Shown: piece after piece, positions 11,778 through 24,561 of the stretch
How positions within the stretch are numbered: position 1 is the stretch's first letter
How the letters are laid out: every line of letters begins with the position of its first letter
Assembly (NCBI GenBank): GCA_040954595.2
Contig: CM082590.2
Span: 6,448,001-6,512,000 of the forward strand
Direction of reading: 5' to 3'
Origin: Balanoglossus misakiensis
Lineage: Eukaryota; Animalia; Hemichordata
DNA length: 64,000 nt
Program-made: the position numbers and the translations under genes
The notes under the pieces: model-generated
What the model was told of the DNA's origin: nothing
Database searches by the model: none
What the model saw: the letters and a program-made list of their open reading frames with translations, nothing else

Positions 11778-13352
11778 CGTTTGCGTGTCGATAGCTCTGC
11801 GTACAGGTCTGTGTTGTTCCCGGCGTTACACGGCCTCCACCACAGCCCTGCAAGGCGCCATAGAAAAAAGCCGTGTCTATTGACACGCGCGTGTCAATAG
11901 ACACTCCGTAGAAAAAACTGGTGCTTCTGCGGTCCGGATCTAGTCTAGAATCTATCCTTTCGTAGTCGCATTCACCCTGCGACTACGAACGGATAGATTC
12001 TAGACTAGTCCGGATCCGGACCGCAGCTTTTTCGGCCGAAATTCGTTTTTATCGAAGCAAAATCCTTTCCCTGTCTACTTCTGCCCCCTAACCGACTGCA
12101 AATATGATGCGATTAACTTGTCCTAACGTCCGAACCGCTCGCTTTCTAAAACTTTTATGTTTACCCATGGAGATAAACTCGCTTTAAGCCTTATATTTAA
12201 TATGGCGATCTCAACATGTAAACACACAAAAATGAATCAAACGCGAGTGGTTCGGACGTTAGGACAAGTTAATCGCATCATATTTGGAGTCGGTTAGGGG
12301 GCAGAAGTAGACAGGGAAAGGATTTTGCTTCGATAAAAACGAATTTCGGCCGAAAAAGCTGCGGTCCGGATCCGGACCGCAGAAGCACCAGTTTTTTCTA
12401 TGGCGCCTTGCAGGGCTGTGGTGGAGGCCGTGTAACGCCGGGAACACACAGACCTGTACGCAGAGCTAGCATGTAGAATGCTGCTCTACGAAGCTCGTAG
12501 TTACCTTCTGACCGGGACATTTACGCTTGAACGGACTGGGTTCCTCCCACTTCAGGTCGGTATATTCCTCTGAAGTACAGACGTGAATTGCTAGTTCCGC
12601 GGGTTGCAGTGTATCCCGTCTGTTGAACTTTCTTTTAGAGAATCGACGTATTGCGAAAAGAGACGATTGAGATGAGAATAAGCAGTGTAGGATAGAGACG
12701 ACGTACCAAACTGCCGTGTTGTATTCTGAATTTGTGTTGTTGAAATAAATACAACGGAAGAGTTTGAACTGCATCGCTGTATGGACTGATAGTTTTGTGG
12801 CAAATTGGGGCGTGCGAGGCCGCCGCTAACCTTGCAGCGATCACCCGGCCGCTTAAGAACTTTCTCGACCTACGGCTACGCATGAACTTGTTTGTGGCAG
12901 CAAAATATATGAACTCAGCGTGGCAGGCTACATTGTTTGAAAAATAAGGTCGGCGCAGCGGATTTTTTTTTTCAGATCTGGCTTTTTCAACGTTTGTTTG
13001 GCGTTCATGATTAGTATAAATCCATGTTCTTGTTCCGCTATTTCCATTCCGAAAACCCCAAAGTTTTAAACGTGTACACTTTGACTAGAAAAGGCCTCAG
13101 ACACCTTCATATGCTGTCCGGCAGCCGGGGTGGGATATCCGACTGCGGTGCAGCTCAAAGTGGCGTGGAGCTGGTCATGTTGGGAGCGGTGCTGCCGGCC
13201 GGTGGATCGACGTCTTAGCCTACACTTTCATACCCGCCGGCGTGCGGCAATCGGCAAGAACCCATCGGAAGGAACCCAGTCCGTTCAAGCGCAAATGTCC
13301 CGGTCAGAAGGTAACTACGAGCTTCGTAGAGCAGCATTCGACACGCTAAACA
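11778..13352. mobile_element. Outer TIR element (~85-bp TIRs) whose left TIR is interrupted by the foldback element
   Basis: 12469-12545 is the reverse complement of 13270-13346; the match continues at 11778-11790 on the far side of the insertion. Confidence 0.65.
11791..12468. mobile_element. Foldback element with ~215-bp TIRs (TAGCTCTGCGTACAGG ends) carrying two tiny hairpin insertions in its left arm
   Basis: Left arm 11791-12136 is the reverse complement of 12250-12468 except for inserts 11870-11908 and 11941-12007. Degenerate 9-bp TSD GCGTGTCGA/GCATGTAGA. Confidence 0.8.
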
Positions 13353-13754
13353 ACTCTCGTCGTCCGTGCTCGAATCTTCTACCCCTTTCTGTTCACGTCT
13401 CTCTCAACACGCACTCACTACTTCAACTGCGCATTGGAATGGGAGGCGCCTCTTCGTCTATCTAAATTGTGACGCTGTGGTAAATTGTTGCAATATTTGC
13501 GATTGCGGTATGCAGTACAGTCGTTTCTTTTTGCTACAAAGGACGCATATTTTATCACCAGGACAAAAAATGTCCAAGCTATTTTGAAATTGGTAGTAAT
13601 ATGTGATAACACATAGAGAACTGCACTTGGCAGATTCAAACAGAATTGCGGGAAAATGATTGGATTTAGAGGTTGCATGTATGGTAGCTGATCAACTGGG
13701 CTTCGTTCGTGTGGAATTCATGGATGAAAGGCTTGTGTAGGTGTCTGAGTCTCT

Positions 13755-14016
13755 GGCCAATTAAAAAGTATGTGCTGTTCTGATCACATGGTTAGGTAGG
13801 TAGGAAGGGAATTTGATTTTGCATATTTTTATCTTAGGCCGCCATAGAATGACGTCATAGTTCTTGCGTGATTCTCGCAATTTTCACAAAATGTTTATAT
13901 TTGACATCATTATTTTTACTGCCGGTTTACGAAGCTCTAAAAGGTTTAGGGTCAGCGGGCTAAAATTCGGGTAGGTCGGGTAATCAGAACAGCATATATT
14001 TTTTTTAAATTTGGCC
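13755..14016. mobile_element. Second copy of the GGCC-ended MITE
   Basis: Homologous to 8112-8392 throughout. Confidence 0.7.
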
Positions 14017-14019
14017 ACA

Positions 14020-15270
14020 CGAAATCCCCCTTGGGCAATCCATCCAGACAGCGTCTTTCTGTCTTGAATGGGTGCACGTTCAGCTTTGTTTGTGAGATTC
14101 TACTGTCCACCCAACAGCATCAAGGGTCAATGGCTGGTCACCTCAAGAAGTAGTTCCCTCTTTATCTCCCCAGGGAGTGCACCGTGACATTCTTGAAAGG
14201 GAAGCTGTCTCAAGGACAATTCCTACTATTCAATGGAAGCATGTCACTGTACGAGTCGACACACAGTACATGTACTTTTTCTTCATGTACACGGGCGAAT
14301 TGACCTAGTAGTTAAGGTGGCATTGCATGAAAAGTTATTGTAAAACAAAATCGCCAGATGCAAACAGTCCAGGCAGTGTCTTTCTGTCTTGAATGGGTAC
14401 ACGTTTACCCCTGTTGGTGAGATTCTATTGTCAACCCAACTTAGAGGTGAACGCCTGGTCACCTCATTACAAAAGGTTCTTCTTTATCCACTCAGGGTCG
14501 CACCTCGACGTCATTGAAAGGGGAGCTGTACTCACGAACAATTCCTATTCATCAGTGGAAGCATGTCACTGTACGAGTCAACACACGGTACATGTACTTT
14601 TTCTTCATGTACACGGGCGAATTGACCTAGTAGTTAAGGTGGCATTGCATGAAAAGTTATTGTAAAACAAAATCGCCAGATGCAAACCGTCCAGACAGTG
14701 TCTTTCTGTCTTGAATGGGTACACGTTTACCCCTGTTGGTGAGATTCTATTGTCAACCCAACTTAGAGGTGAACGCCTGGTCACCTCATTACAAAAGGTT
14801 CTTCTTTATCCACTCAGGGTCGCACCTCGACGTCATTGAAAGGGGAGCTGTACTCACGAACAATTCCTATTCATCAGTGGAAGCATGTCACTGTACGAGT
14901 CAACACACGGTACATGTACTTTTTCTTCATGTACACGGGCGAATTGACCTAGTAGTTAAGGTGGCATTGCATGAAAAGTTATTGTAAAACAAAATCGCCA
15001 GATGCAAACCGTCCAGACAGTGTCTTTCTGTCTTGAATGGGTACACGTTTACCCCTGTTGGTGAGATTCTACCGTCAACCCAACTTAGAGGTGAACTACT
15101 GGTCACCTCATTACAAAAGGTTCTTTATACACTCAGGGGCAAACCTTGACGTCATTGAAAGGGAAGCTGTCTCAAGGACAAATTCTATTCTTCAGTGGAA
15201 GCATGTCACTGTACGAGTCGACACACAGTACAAGTACTTTTTCTTTATGCACACGGACGAATTGAACTAA
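14020..15270 (+). repeat. Tandem repeat, 322-bp unit, ~4 copies (middle two nearly identical)
   Basis: Identical spurious ORFs at 14393 and 14715 and a variant at 15037 give a period of 322. Confidence 0.9.
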
Positions 15271-16406
15271 TAGTACAGTTAATAGTGTCTTGTTTAAATC
15301 TCTGTTATCAGTTGTTCAATTAAAGCCCCATATGCTTTGCAACTCTGGACATTTTAAAGCTTTAAAAAATCTCAGATATGCTTTTAGTGCAAACCACCCA
15401 GACACGTTGGCGAGATTTTACCGTCACCCAAACTGAGACAATGTAGAACAAATGGCGCCTCAATTGTCTAGTCATCCTTGTCCTCTCTAGGCAAATGTTC
15501 ACCAGACCTGGCAACAGTCCAAAGTGTCAAAAAAGATTATGTCTGTCCACGAATTGTTTGCAAGGTCGATCTGACCTTAAGGTAATTATATTTTCAAACT
15601 AAATACAATTGTTTTCATATATAATGAGAGATGCATGCATTTTCGTGAGCAATAAATTTTTGTGAATAAAAATAAAAAGTCGCAAAACAATAAAATAATT
15701 ATGAATGTGACAAATAAGTGTACAATAGAATGTTTTCGGAGATAACGATGCAGTCACTGAAATACAAGAAAGTGAAAATTAATCCTCGCGTAACAGTTGC
15801 CTCTTTTGATATCGTGGAAAACACAGTACATGTATATATGTTCGATATTTTATTGTATTTTACAAGTGTAAACGAATGGAGATCTAACTTTGTCGAACGT
15901 ATTCAGCACTGTAAATTAGCTTATGCGAGTAAATCGTATGTAGTCATAAGTGAAACGTCGGCAGCTTAGGGGTTCTTGAATAGTTATTCAGGTGCTAGGT
16001 TCTTAGTGTAAGTATGACAGACTTCTTCCCCACCTCTCATTAATCTTTGTTTTGAACAGAACCAACGTTTGTGGCTTACAATGAAAATTATTGTTCATTT
16101 AATGTGAGTGAATTGAATCATGGGGGAAAATGCTGGTGAAAGCAGCTTTAACTCGATGAGAAAAACTTGGTTCCCTTGGCAACCTTGTTGTTAACACCAC
16201 AAACAATTCTTTTGTAGTTGTGAAATTTAACCAATCAAGTTGAACGACTATTGTCATGATAATTTGAACAACAAGTAGCTCAGGGTGTCTTCGTTGCACC
16301 GTTTGTACATAAGAAGTTCAGTTGTCCTCGTCCCAGCAGTGCGCGCACGTCTGCATTGAAGACAACATCCAAATACACCGCCGGCTCTAAGACCAAAACT
16401 GGAAAA

Positions 16407-19400
16407 ATGAGGTTAGTTTCAAATTTCAGATTTTTACTGCTACCATTCTCAATGACGAAATATCGCCTGTTGGAATTTTCGTGTAACTTAGTATAATTTT
16501 GATTAATCAGATACTTTGCTTATTTCGTTAAATATCTTCATTGCTGATCTGCATTGCTGATACGTGCGACTTTAAAGCCCCTTGAGCTGCCACTTTTTGC
16601 ATTATTTTCATGATTTTATTTTCCAATTTAAATTAGTCCATCTAAATAAGCTTACTGATAGGTATACATGAACACCTTATCGACACCCGATTGTGACTGC
16701 ATGTTGCAATTTGAACACGCTATGTATTAAATCGGTACCGCGCCGATTTAATCAGCCTCCATACAAACAGTACTCAGCTATCGCGGCATGCGTCGCCAGG
16801 AGATGACAAACCGATGCAAATGCAAGTTATATGGCTTAATGGCGAGGACTTTAGAGGATAGGGAATATATTTGAAGTATTTTACTGTGATGGAAAAAAAT
16901 ATGTGAAATTTGGCAGCTATAGGGGCTTTAACTTTTGCTTTATGTGACCCTAGGTGGGGTTTTCTCCTTCTACATTGTACCAGAAATTCTCCGATACCTA
17001 TTCTTCTACACCTTGCATGTATTGCCTGTTCTTTTCTAGTGTACCAGGCAGCACAGGGTAATTGCCTTCCCCCTAACCATGGTAACTTTGAAGGGCAAAG
17101 GTGAAATTTGTCCTCCCCAGCATTGTTGAGTTAGTTGGCTCTTGGGTTCATTAAAATACAGCTTTGAGCTCGGTAGCATGGGAGGGGGACACCCCCTCCC
17201 ACACCCACCCCTTTCACTTCTCTTGATTTACTATCATGTCTGCCAAATATCGTAATGACTTGTATTTTTACTTTATTCATGTATTATTTTTATTATTTAA
17301 ATGTATGCATATATGTAAATTGTCACTGTTATTCATTAGCTAAGTTTTTGAAAGTTGGTATGGGGGGTCACCTACTTTTCAATTTTCAATGAGGGGTGGG
17401 GGGCACCCACTTTTTGATATCTACAAAATAGAATCTCCCCCCACTCTAGGCTGAAGAAACTGACCAGTCCCTAAATCGTTTCTGATTATTTTTACCAGTA
17501 TATCTTGTATGGATTTTACACACAATCCTAATTCTGCCGTTATTTTGTTTTCCAGAATCATGATGATTTTCATTCTCTCACTTCTGCTTGGATGTCTGTC
17601 CTTGTCCCATGCTCAAGGTAATTTTTTGTCGATTAAAATTGCACAATTGATGGCAAATACCATTTTGGGTATATTTTTACTTTGTGAAATAAATTTCATT
17701 ATAATTTACCTCATGCTAATGCTGTGTCGTGATTCGACAGAATCCGTCACGTGAATGAACGCTCAACCACACTCAACTTCCATCCCACTTGTAGACACAA
17801 GAGTGAAAAAGTCTACTTGAGATTTTTTCTCGCCTACCCTACAAACGGAATAGACGTTGTGTGTAGTCGAATAAATGGTAGTAACCGATTATTCATTTTG
17901 GTGAGTTTTTCACTCTTGTGTCTACAAGTGGGATGGAAGGTGCGTGTGGTCGAACATTGATTCACTATATATCCACATATAGAATAACATAAACGGTGTC
18001 TTGTATCAAACATAATTAATGGAAAAAGGGCAGCGAGAGAGAGACTTTGTCCTGGGAGGTGTGTGTGGTCGAACATTGATTCACTATATATCCACATATA
18101 GAATAACATAAACGGTGTCTTGTATCAAACATAATTAATGGAAAAAGGGCAGCGAGAGAGAGACTTTGTCCTGGGAGGTGTGTGTGGTCGAACATTGATT
18201 CACTATATATCCACATATAGAATAACATAAACGGTGTCTTGTATCAAACATAATTAATGGAAAAAGGGCAGCGAGAGAGAGACTTTGTCCTGGGAGGTGT
18301 GTGTGGTTGAACGTTGATTCACTATATATCCACATATAGAATAACATAAACGGTGTCTTGTATCAAACATAATTAATGGAAAAAGGGCAGCGAGAGAGAG
18401 ACTTTGTCCTGGGAGGTGTGTGTGGTCGAACATTGATTCACTATATATCCACATATAGAATAACATAAACGGTGTCTTGTATCAAACATAATTAATGGAA
18501 AAAGGGCAGCGAGAGAGAGACTTTGTCCTGGGAGGTGTGTGTGGTCGAACGTTGATTCACTATATATCCACATGTAGAATAACATAGACAGTGTCTTGTA
18601 TCAAACATAATTAATGGAAAAAGGGCAGCGAGAGAGAGACTTTGTCCTGGGAGGTGTGTGTGGCCGAACATTGATTCACTATATATCCACATATAGAATA
18701 ACATAAACGGTGTCTTGTATCAAACATAATTAATGGAAAAAGGGCAGCGAGAGAGAGACTTTGTCCCTTTAAAGTCACAAATACATGTTTATCAAATAAC
18801 ACTCCATTCAGTGCAAATCAATTTGTCTTGATGCTGTTTTACAGATATTGAAGCTGTGAGTTTGACAGTGACCGAGCCAAATCCATCCTCTGGGCTAATC
18901 GTTGCTGGTGTCCAGTCTTCCATTACGTTTGACTTCATGTTCTATTTGTCTGGTGGCGCCACGCCCACATCTGTGGAGGTGTACTTCACTAGTGCAGATG
19001 GATCGATAACGACGAGCCAGGTAACAGCTACCGGAGCCAACGCCCCAGACGGCACCGAGATCCCCTACGGCACCACGTACGAAGGTCTCGTCGCCGCCAT
19101 TACCCTGGACGACACCAGCTGTGCAGCGTACACGCGACTGTGTGCAAATATCACAGCAGGGGATGATGCAAGTAACAATGAGGCTTGTGCAGATTTTGGC
19201 ACAGCTTCTACTAACGCCGGCACCAAAGTGTGTGACGGTAAGTGGCCACATGTCAAACAACTGTCTGTAATATATAAATTCACATTTCAGAGATATTGTC
19301 ATGTTATCCCGTTCACGCCACCCAAACGATTTCATATAAATGACCGAAGACACATGAACTTGACCTAAGTACTTGCAACTAAGTCCAGTGAAAATTCCAT

Positions 19401-22400
19401 ACTGGGGCCAAAATAGTTTATCTTGGGTATCTCTGCAAGAGGTATAATACTTAACCCATTGAATGCCACATTTATCACTGTCAAAATGTGGTGCAACATT
19501 TTTATCATTTTCACACTTTTTCCCCAATTTTTTCCCTTAATTTTAGACCAAGTGGACATAATTTTCCATTGTTTACAGGTCTTGATGAAAATGTTAGAAA
19601 AAATATGGTAAAATTTATGAGGTTAATTTTGTGAAAAATGACGACAAGTTGACTATGGCGTTGAAAGGGTTCAGGCAGGATGTGTTGTTATCCTTTGTTC
19701 ACCATATCTCTGTGTCTCATTTTCTTCCTTTCTTTCTTTCGTTTATTCTTTTGTCTGTCCACCATATATGGCTTTCTTTTTTCCTTCTTTCTTTGATTCT
19801 GTCTTTCTGTCGGGTTTTCTCTTTCTTGCTATCTTTCTCTCTTTCTTTCTTTTTTCTTTCTGTTTAGCTGCCAGCTTGTTTGTCTGTCTTTCTTTCTTTG
19901 CATAAAATTGGTCAGAAAGTACATTAAAATGTATTGTCCCATGTTGAGAGATTACGAGTTTTATCTGCGTTGAATTTACCTTCTTTAAACCAGACCTGGC
20001 AGCGAGAACATTCACATTGACGACACCGGACCCGGCATCAAGTGGATTCGCGTTGGACACTGCAACTGACTCAACATTTGATGTGCTGTTCGCTGCTGCC
20101 GGAGGTGGGGCTTCTGTCACAGATGTTAAGGTGTACTTCAGCGACGCAACTGGAGATACGAAATCCACGGAAGTGACGGCGGGTGGAGCCAACGCACCGA
20201 GTGGCGTTGTAACCACTAGTGGTACCTGGTCTGGCCTGACTGCATCGTTGACACTGGATTCAACTAACTGCGGGGCGTACACCAAACTGTGTGTTTCTAT
20301 CACGGCAGACGATGCATATGCTGTCAACAACGAAGCATGCGCAGAGTTTGGAGTTGGCGCAGACACGGCTGGTGTCAAACCAACATGTCCAGGTATGCTA
20401 GAAGAAAACTTGCATTAAAGGCACAAAGTCTCTCTCTCGCTGCCTTTTTTCCATTAATTATGTTTGATACAAGACACTGTTTATGTTAATGTACATGTGG
20501 ATATATAGTGAATCAATGATCAACCACACAAAACTTCCATCCCACTTGTATGATATGAGAGTAAAAACTCGCCCAAAATGAATAAATGGTAAAGGACGAT
20601 TATTCATTTTGGCGAGTTTTTTCACTCTCCTGTCTATAAGAGGGATGGAAGTTGTGTGTGGTTGAACGTTGATTCGCTATATATCCACATGTAGAATAAC
20701 AAACAGTGTCTTGTATCAAATATAATTAATGGAAAAAAGGGCAGCGAGAGAGAGACTTTGTCCCTTTAAAGGCACATAAGCTGCACCTGGTTAAAAAATT
20801 AAAGTTTTAAATAATCTCATATATGCTTTTTATTATGTCTATTAAATGCTATTTCATGATAATATATCAAGCTCAACACTTATTTATGACAAAATGGCCA
20901 AAAATTAAAGAAAAACGAAAATTCCTGCAATTTTAAAAACAAGTGCAATATAGCAATGAAAAATAAAAATCTGATGTCTCAGTGGTGTACATTTACTTCC
21001 ATGAGCTCAAGTGGATGAGATCATGTTTTGTTTATGAAGTTTCATAACCGGAAATGCAACATTTTTCTTGCATTTTCCCACGGTGGCGGCCATAATCGCT
21101 TGCGGCAAAGCTCTATTATTTATCTGGTTAAAACTTGCATATGCACTCATATTTAGGGTTTATTATGCTTGTGTATAGTTCACTGCCTTCATCTGCATTG
21201 ACTAATGGTAGTGCAGTTTGAAACAAAAATTATGACAATTATCCCAAAAGTTACAGCTTACGTGCCTTTAAACTTCCAAAGGTTACGTCCAAGCCTTGCG
21301 CGATTTTCACCAATTGAGGAGAGAGTAATGACTGAGTGGTCACTATAGTTTTTAAAAATAAAAATAAAAAAGAGTATTCAAACGAAAAAGAAAGAAACAA
21401 GAAAAAAAACATGTGCAGGTAATACAATTTCATTAGATTGCATTTTCAAGTTTTCTGCTTCATTTCAAAATGCATCGAAGTATGAGAATATTTCAGCAAC
21501 TTTTAAGCATTCTTTTAGACTATTATATTTAACCACCTATGGCAAGTGTGATGACATTTTCAATTTAAAATTGTTACTACATATTGCCTTTTAATCCTTT
21601 CAATACCATGGTTCAGTCCAAACCCATCATTTTGCCCAGGTAACATACTATAATTTAAGATAGTATGTGCCTGTTTAGAAATATTTGATTCCTCCATACC
21701 TTTCAATGCTGCACTGTAGGTGGTTGATTAGACGACACCATGCATTGCGATGACATTTTCCAATATTGTTTGACCTATAACCATGTTGTCCATTTTATTG
21801 CTTCCATAGTAACGGCAACTACTGCAGAGCCAGGTAAACATATTTTATTCCTACATACTTTTTAGTTCCTTACTACTATATTTAAGTAAGGAGAATGTAC
21901 GGAAACAAAGAAGAATACAAGGTGTTTACTGCCTATTTTTCATAAAAAAATCTGCACCATATATTTTCTATATAGACTTAACAAACAGATCGGCGGCCAT
22001 TTTGAAGTTCGGAATTCGAACAATTCGACACAATTTTACTCTGTCATTCAAAATTTCGGATGGTGACTCCAATTTTTTTTATCAATTTTAGGAGAGACAA
22101 ACATAATTTAAACCTTGCCTTAAGCAAAATATGAGAGAGAAAGTTTAAGACTTTGTTTTAGAGGAACACACTACCTTGATTCTGATGTGTGGTTTAAAAT
22201 GTACTGAACATCTGCCAATTTAGAGAAATAGCTTGTATCAGCGCTATTTGATTTTATGTTTTATTTAAGCAATAAAACACCCCCAGCCATGGTATACCAA
22301 GAGATTTTGACCAGTTCACGACATATACGCACGAGCGATAGCGAGTGCGTATATGGAGTTGAACTGGTCAAAATCGAGTGATATACCATGGCTGGGGGTG

Positions 22401-22921
22401 TTTTATTGCTATTATATTATGCCAGTATATTGAAACTTTGCATAAAACATTTTAAAAAGGCATTTTCTTTGACTATGATATATGACTGTGGTATATGGCT
22501 AATATATCACGGTCACGTGTCGTGTCTCGACCAATCAAATAGCGTGATTTACACCATCAATATACTGGTATAATATAATTCTATTCTATTTATTTGTAAA
22601 CAGCAACAATAGTCACAAGAAATGTCTATCCTTACTTACTAATGTAAGTAAGAGAAAATACCAAAATAATTTTGTATTATGGAAATAGTGAACATTTATA
22701 ATACTGTATTTCAAGTAATTTTGACCCATAAAGTAGCAAAACAACAAGCCAAGTAACCTTGAATGCAATGTAGTTCAATAACATAAATTTGCCGTGAAAA
22801 ATGATTTAAATTTTAATATACTTCTCTTTTTGTTTCAGATTCTGGAGTTGCAGGGATTTCCAATGGAATCTACTGTGTTCTGATCAGTCTGTGTATTTAC
22901 ACAGCCATGATTATGCAGTGA
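16407..22921 (+). CDS. Gene 2: GPI-anchored protein with two Cys/Thr-rich Ig-like domains, paralogue of gene 1
   Basis: Exons 16407-16411 (ATG AG, tentative), 17556-17617 (IMMIFILSLLLGCLSLSHAQ), 18845-19237 (DIEAVSLTV...CAAYTRLCANI...NNEACADFG...KVCD), 19994-20392 (DLAARTFTL...CGAYTKLCVSI...NNEACAEFG...TCP), 21810-21833 (VTATTAEP), 22839-22921 (DSGVAGISNGIYCVLISLCIYTAMIMQ*). Confidence 0.85.
16576..16927. mobile_element. TTAA-flanked MITE (Kolobok-like)
   Basis: ttaa AGCCCCTTGAGCTGCCA ... TGGCAGCTATAGGGGCT ttaa. Confidence 0.6.
17753..18768. repeat. MITE family A copy whose right arm is amplified as 7 tandem 119-bp units
   Basis: Period 119 (junction GACTTTGTCC|TGGGAGGTGTG at ~18053, 18172, 18291...); ends GTCCCT ttaa. 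Confidence 0.9.
20419..20765. mobile_element. Full palindromic MITE family A, TTAA TSD (Kolobok-like RR..YY termini)
   Basis: ttaa AGGCACAAAGTCTCTCTC ... GAGAGAGACTTTGTCCCT ttaa; ~120-bp TIRs. Confidence 0.85.
20770..21267. mobile_element. TTAA-flanked non-autonomous element (Kolobok-like) abutting MITE A at a shared TTAA
   Basis: AGGCACATAAGCTG ... CAGCTTACGTGCCT ttaa; the same right end recurs near 43960-43996. Confidence 0.7.
22266..22579. mobile_element. 314-bp non-autonomous Crypton-like element (hairpin plus second inverted repeat)
   Basis: Hairpin 22268-22410; ATTATATTATGCCAGTATATTGA (22411-22433) is inverted at 22557-22579; absent from the homologous intron of gene 1 (~6715). Confidence 0.75.
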
Positions 22922-24561
22922 AGTCATTCTGGAGGGTATGAACGCATTTAATGTAGTAGACCGTTTTCCAAATCCCGCGAGACCCTGTGAGATCTCAGAT
23001 AGCTAGGCAGTTTATATAGAATGATATTAGAGTATGTTAGTATAAGGCGCGTTGAGCAGTTCATGTAAAAAATTGTAAGAAATCAAAGACGTCATACGAT
23101 CATTGAGTACTTTTTCGGGTATGTGATGCCACGCATATATTAAATCCAAATTAAGTCCAAATTCATTATTGCCTAAAATATCATCATAATATTTATAGCT
23201 GAAATTAACATTGCTTCTGTATAGGGGGAAATGAAAATAACATGGATTATGTTACCGTAGCAATGATTTTTCTCTGGGACACCTCGAATGTTTTAACGAA
23301 ATTGTTTGTAATAAAAAATAACCATGATTCATGTACATATAAAAGTGGTCTGTCTTCTGTTCTTCATTTATCAATATTAGTGGAAAAATCAAAGCATGGG
23401 TAATCTTAGCAGAGTGATGCATAACTTGAACATTCAAATAGTGGACTGCCTCCGCTTCCTTCCATATTTCACCCATTTAATCGGTCTCCCTATTAAGAAT
23501 ACGCAAGTATTGTGGTATGTAGTGCCAAGAGATGACAAACTGATGCAAATACAAGTAATATGACTTATTGGTGATGATTCTAAAAGATAGGCAGAAGATT
23601 TTATTGTGTGTGTGTGTGTTGGGGGGGGGGAATATGTGAAATTCTCATAGGGCTGCATGGTTTTTCACAAACTTTTCTCTGCAGTGGACATCAGTGAGTC
23701 CTCAACGGTCAAAGTGGAAGAACCGGTTCTGTACTTTTCTTTTTGAGTTTGCGATAAACTGGTCAACCGTTGAGGGCGCGCAGCTCATTGGTACGTCGAC
23801 ATCCAGGTGTTGTCAACATCTGTTGAAGGCATAATTTGGAACCCACAGCCTGAACTAATTTGCATACTAAAGGTCAACAAAGGGGAATTCCCCTCAACAC
23901 ACAAGTTTGAACACAAACGCCTCTATATGTTCATGCCTTCTCCTTGTTCCGTGGAACAAATCACAGGAATCTACGCCTTAGTCATTCATGGTCAAGTAGA
24001 CAGTGTGTATTTCAGTGTGTGGAGTTACAAAACACTTACATGCTTACTGGAGCTTTATATGAGACGTTAACACTCTGTAACCAACAGGAACACATAAAAT
24101 GCTTCTTTTTAATATAAGTATTATTCACATTTATGTGAGTTGTTTTTTTTTTTTGTTTTTTTTTTTTAATTTCAAACCAAATGCATATTTGTATGATCTG
24201 TTTCTGTGGGCAGTTACCACTGTTTGTTTTTGTGTGGTTTCTGTGTGTGCGCGCGTGCCACTGAAAACGTTAAACGTCAAGATAGAAATATGTGTGAGAA
24301 ATACAATCAATGCATCTTGTAGAAATGGATTCTATTTTGCTTGGACTGACATGAATAGGCACTCAGAAGTTGGACAACTGATCTGCTTACACCAACAGTG
24401 TTTGTAGACCTGGTATGACCCCTATTGTCGGAATAGAATGCGCCAGTCTACCGATTGCACTCGACCCCAGTCAGCCTGTACTTCGGTAAAGTCATCTGGC
24501 GTGGTTATTGGCAAAACACTGATCTCTCTTTCTTGAGCAGTTGCAATACACAGTCATTTAA

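Noticed and set aside
14393-15270. Repeated 90-aa ORFs MGTRLPLL...
   Set aside because: By-product of the 322-bp tandem repeat; frames are broken in other units and no domain or splice pattern is evident.
17834-18802. Series of ~70-aa ORFs (MLFYMWIYSES...) as a peptide gene family
   Set aside because: They are translations of the 119-bp MITE-arm repeat; the same text appears in every MITE copy.
18895-20378. Long minus-strand ORFs (210 and 211 aa)
   Set aside because: Antisense shadows of the + strand domain exons, which have proper splice sites and paralogous conservation.
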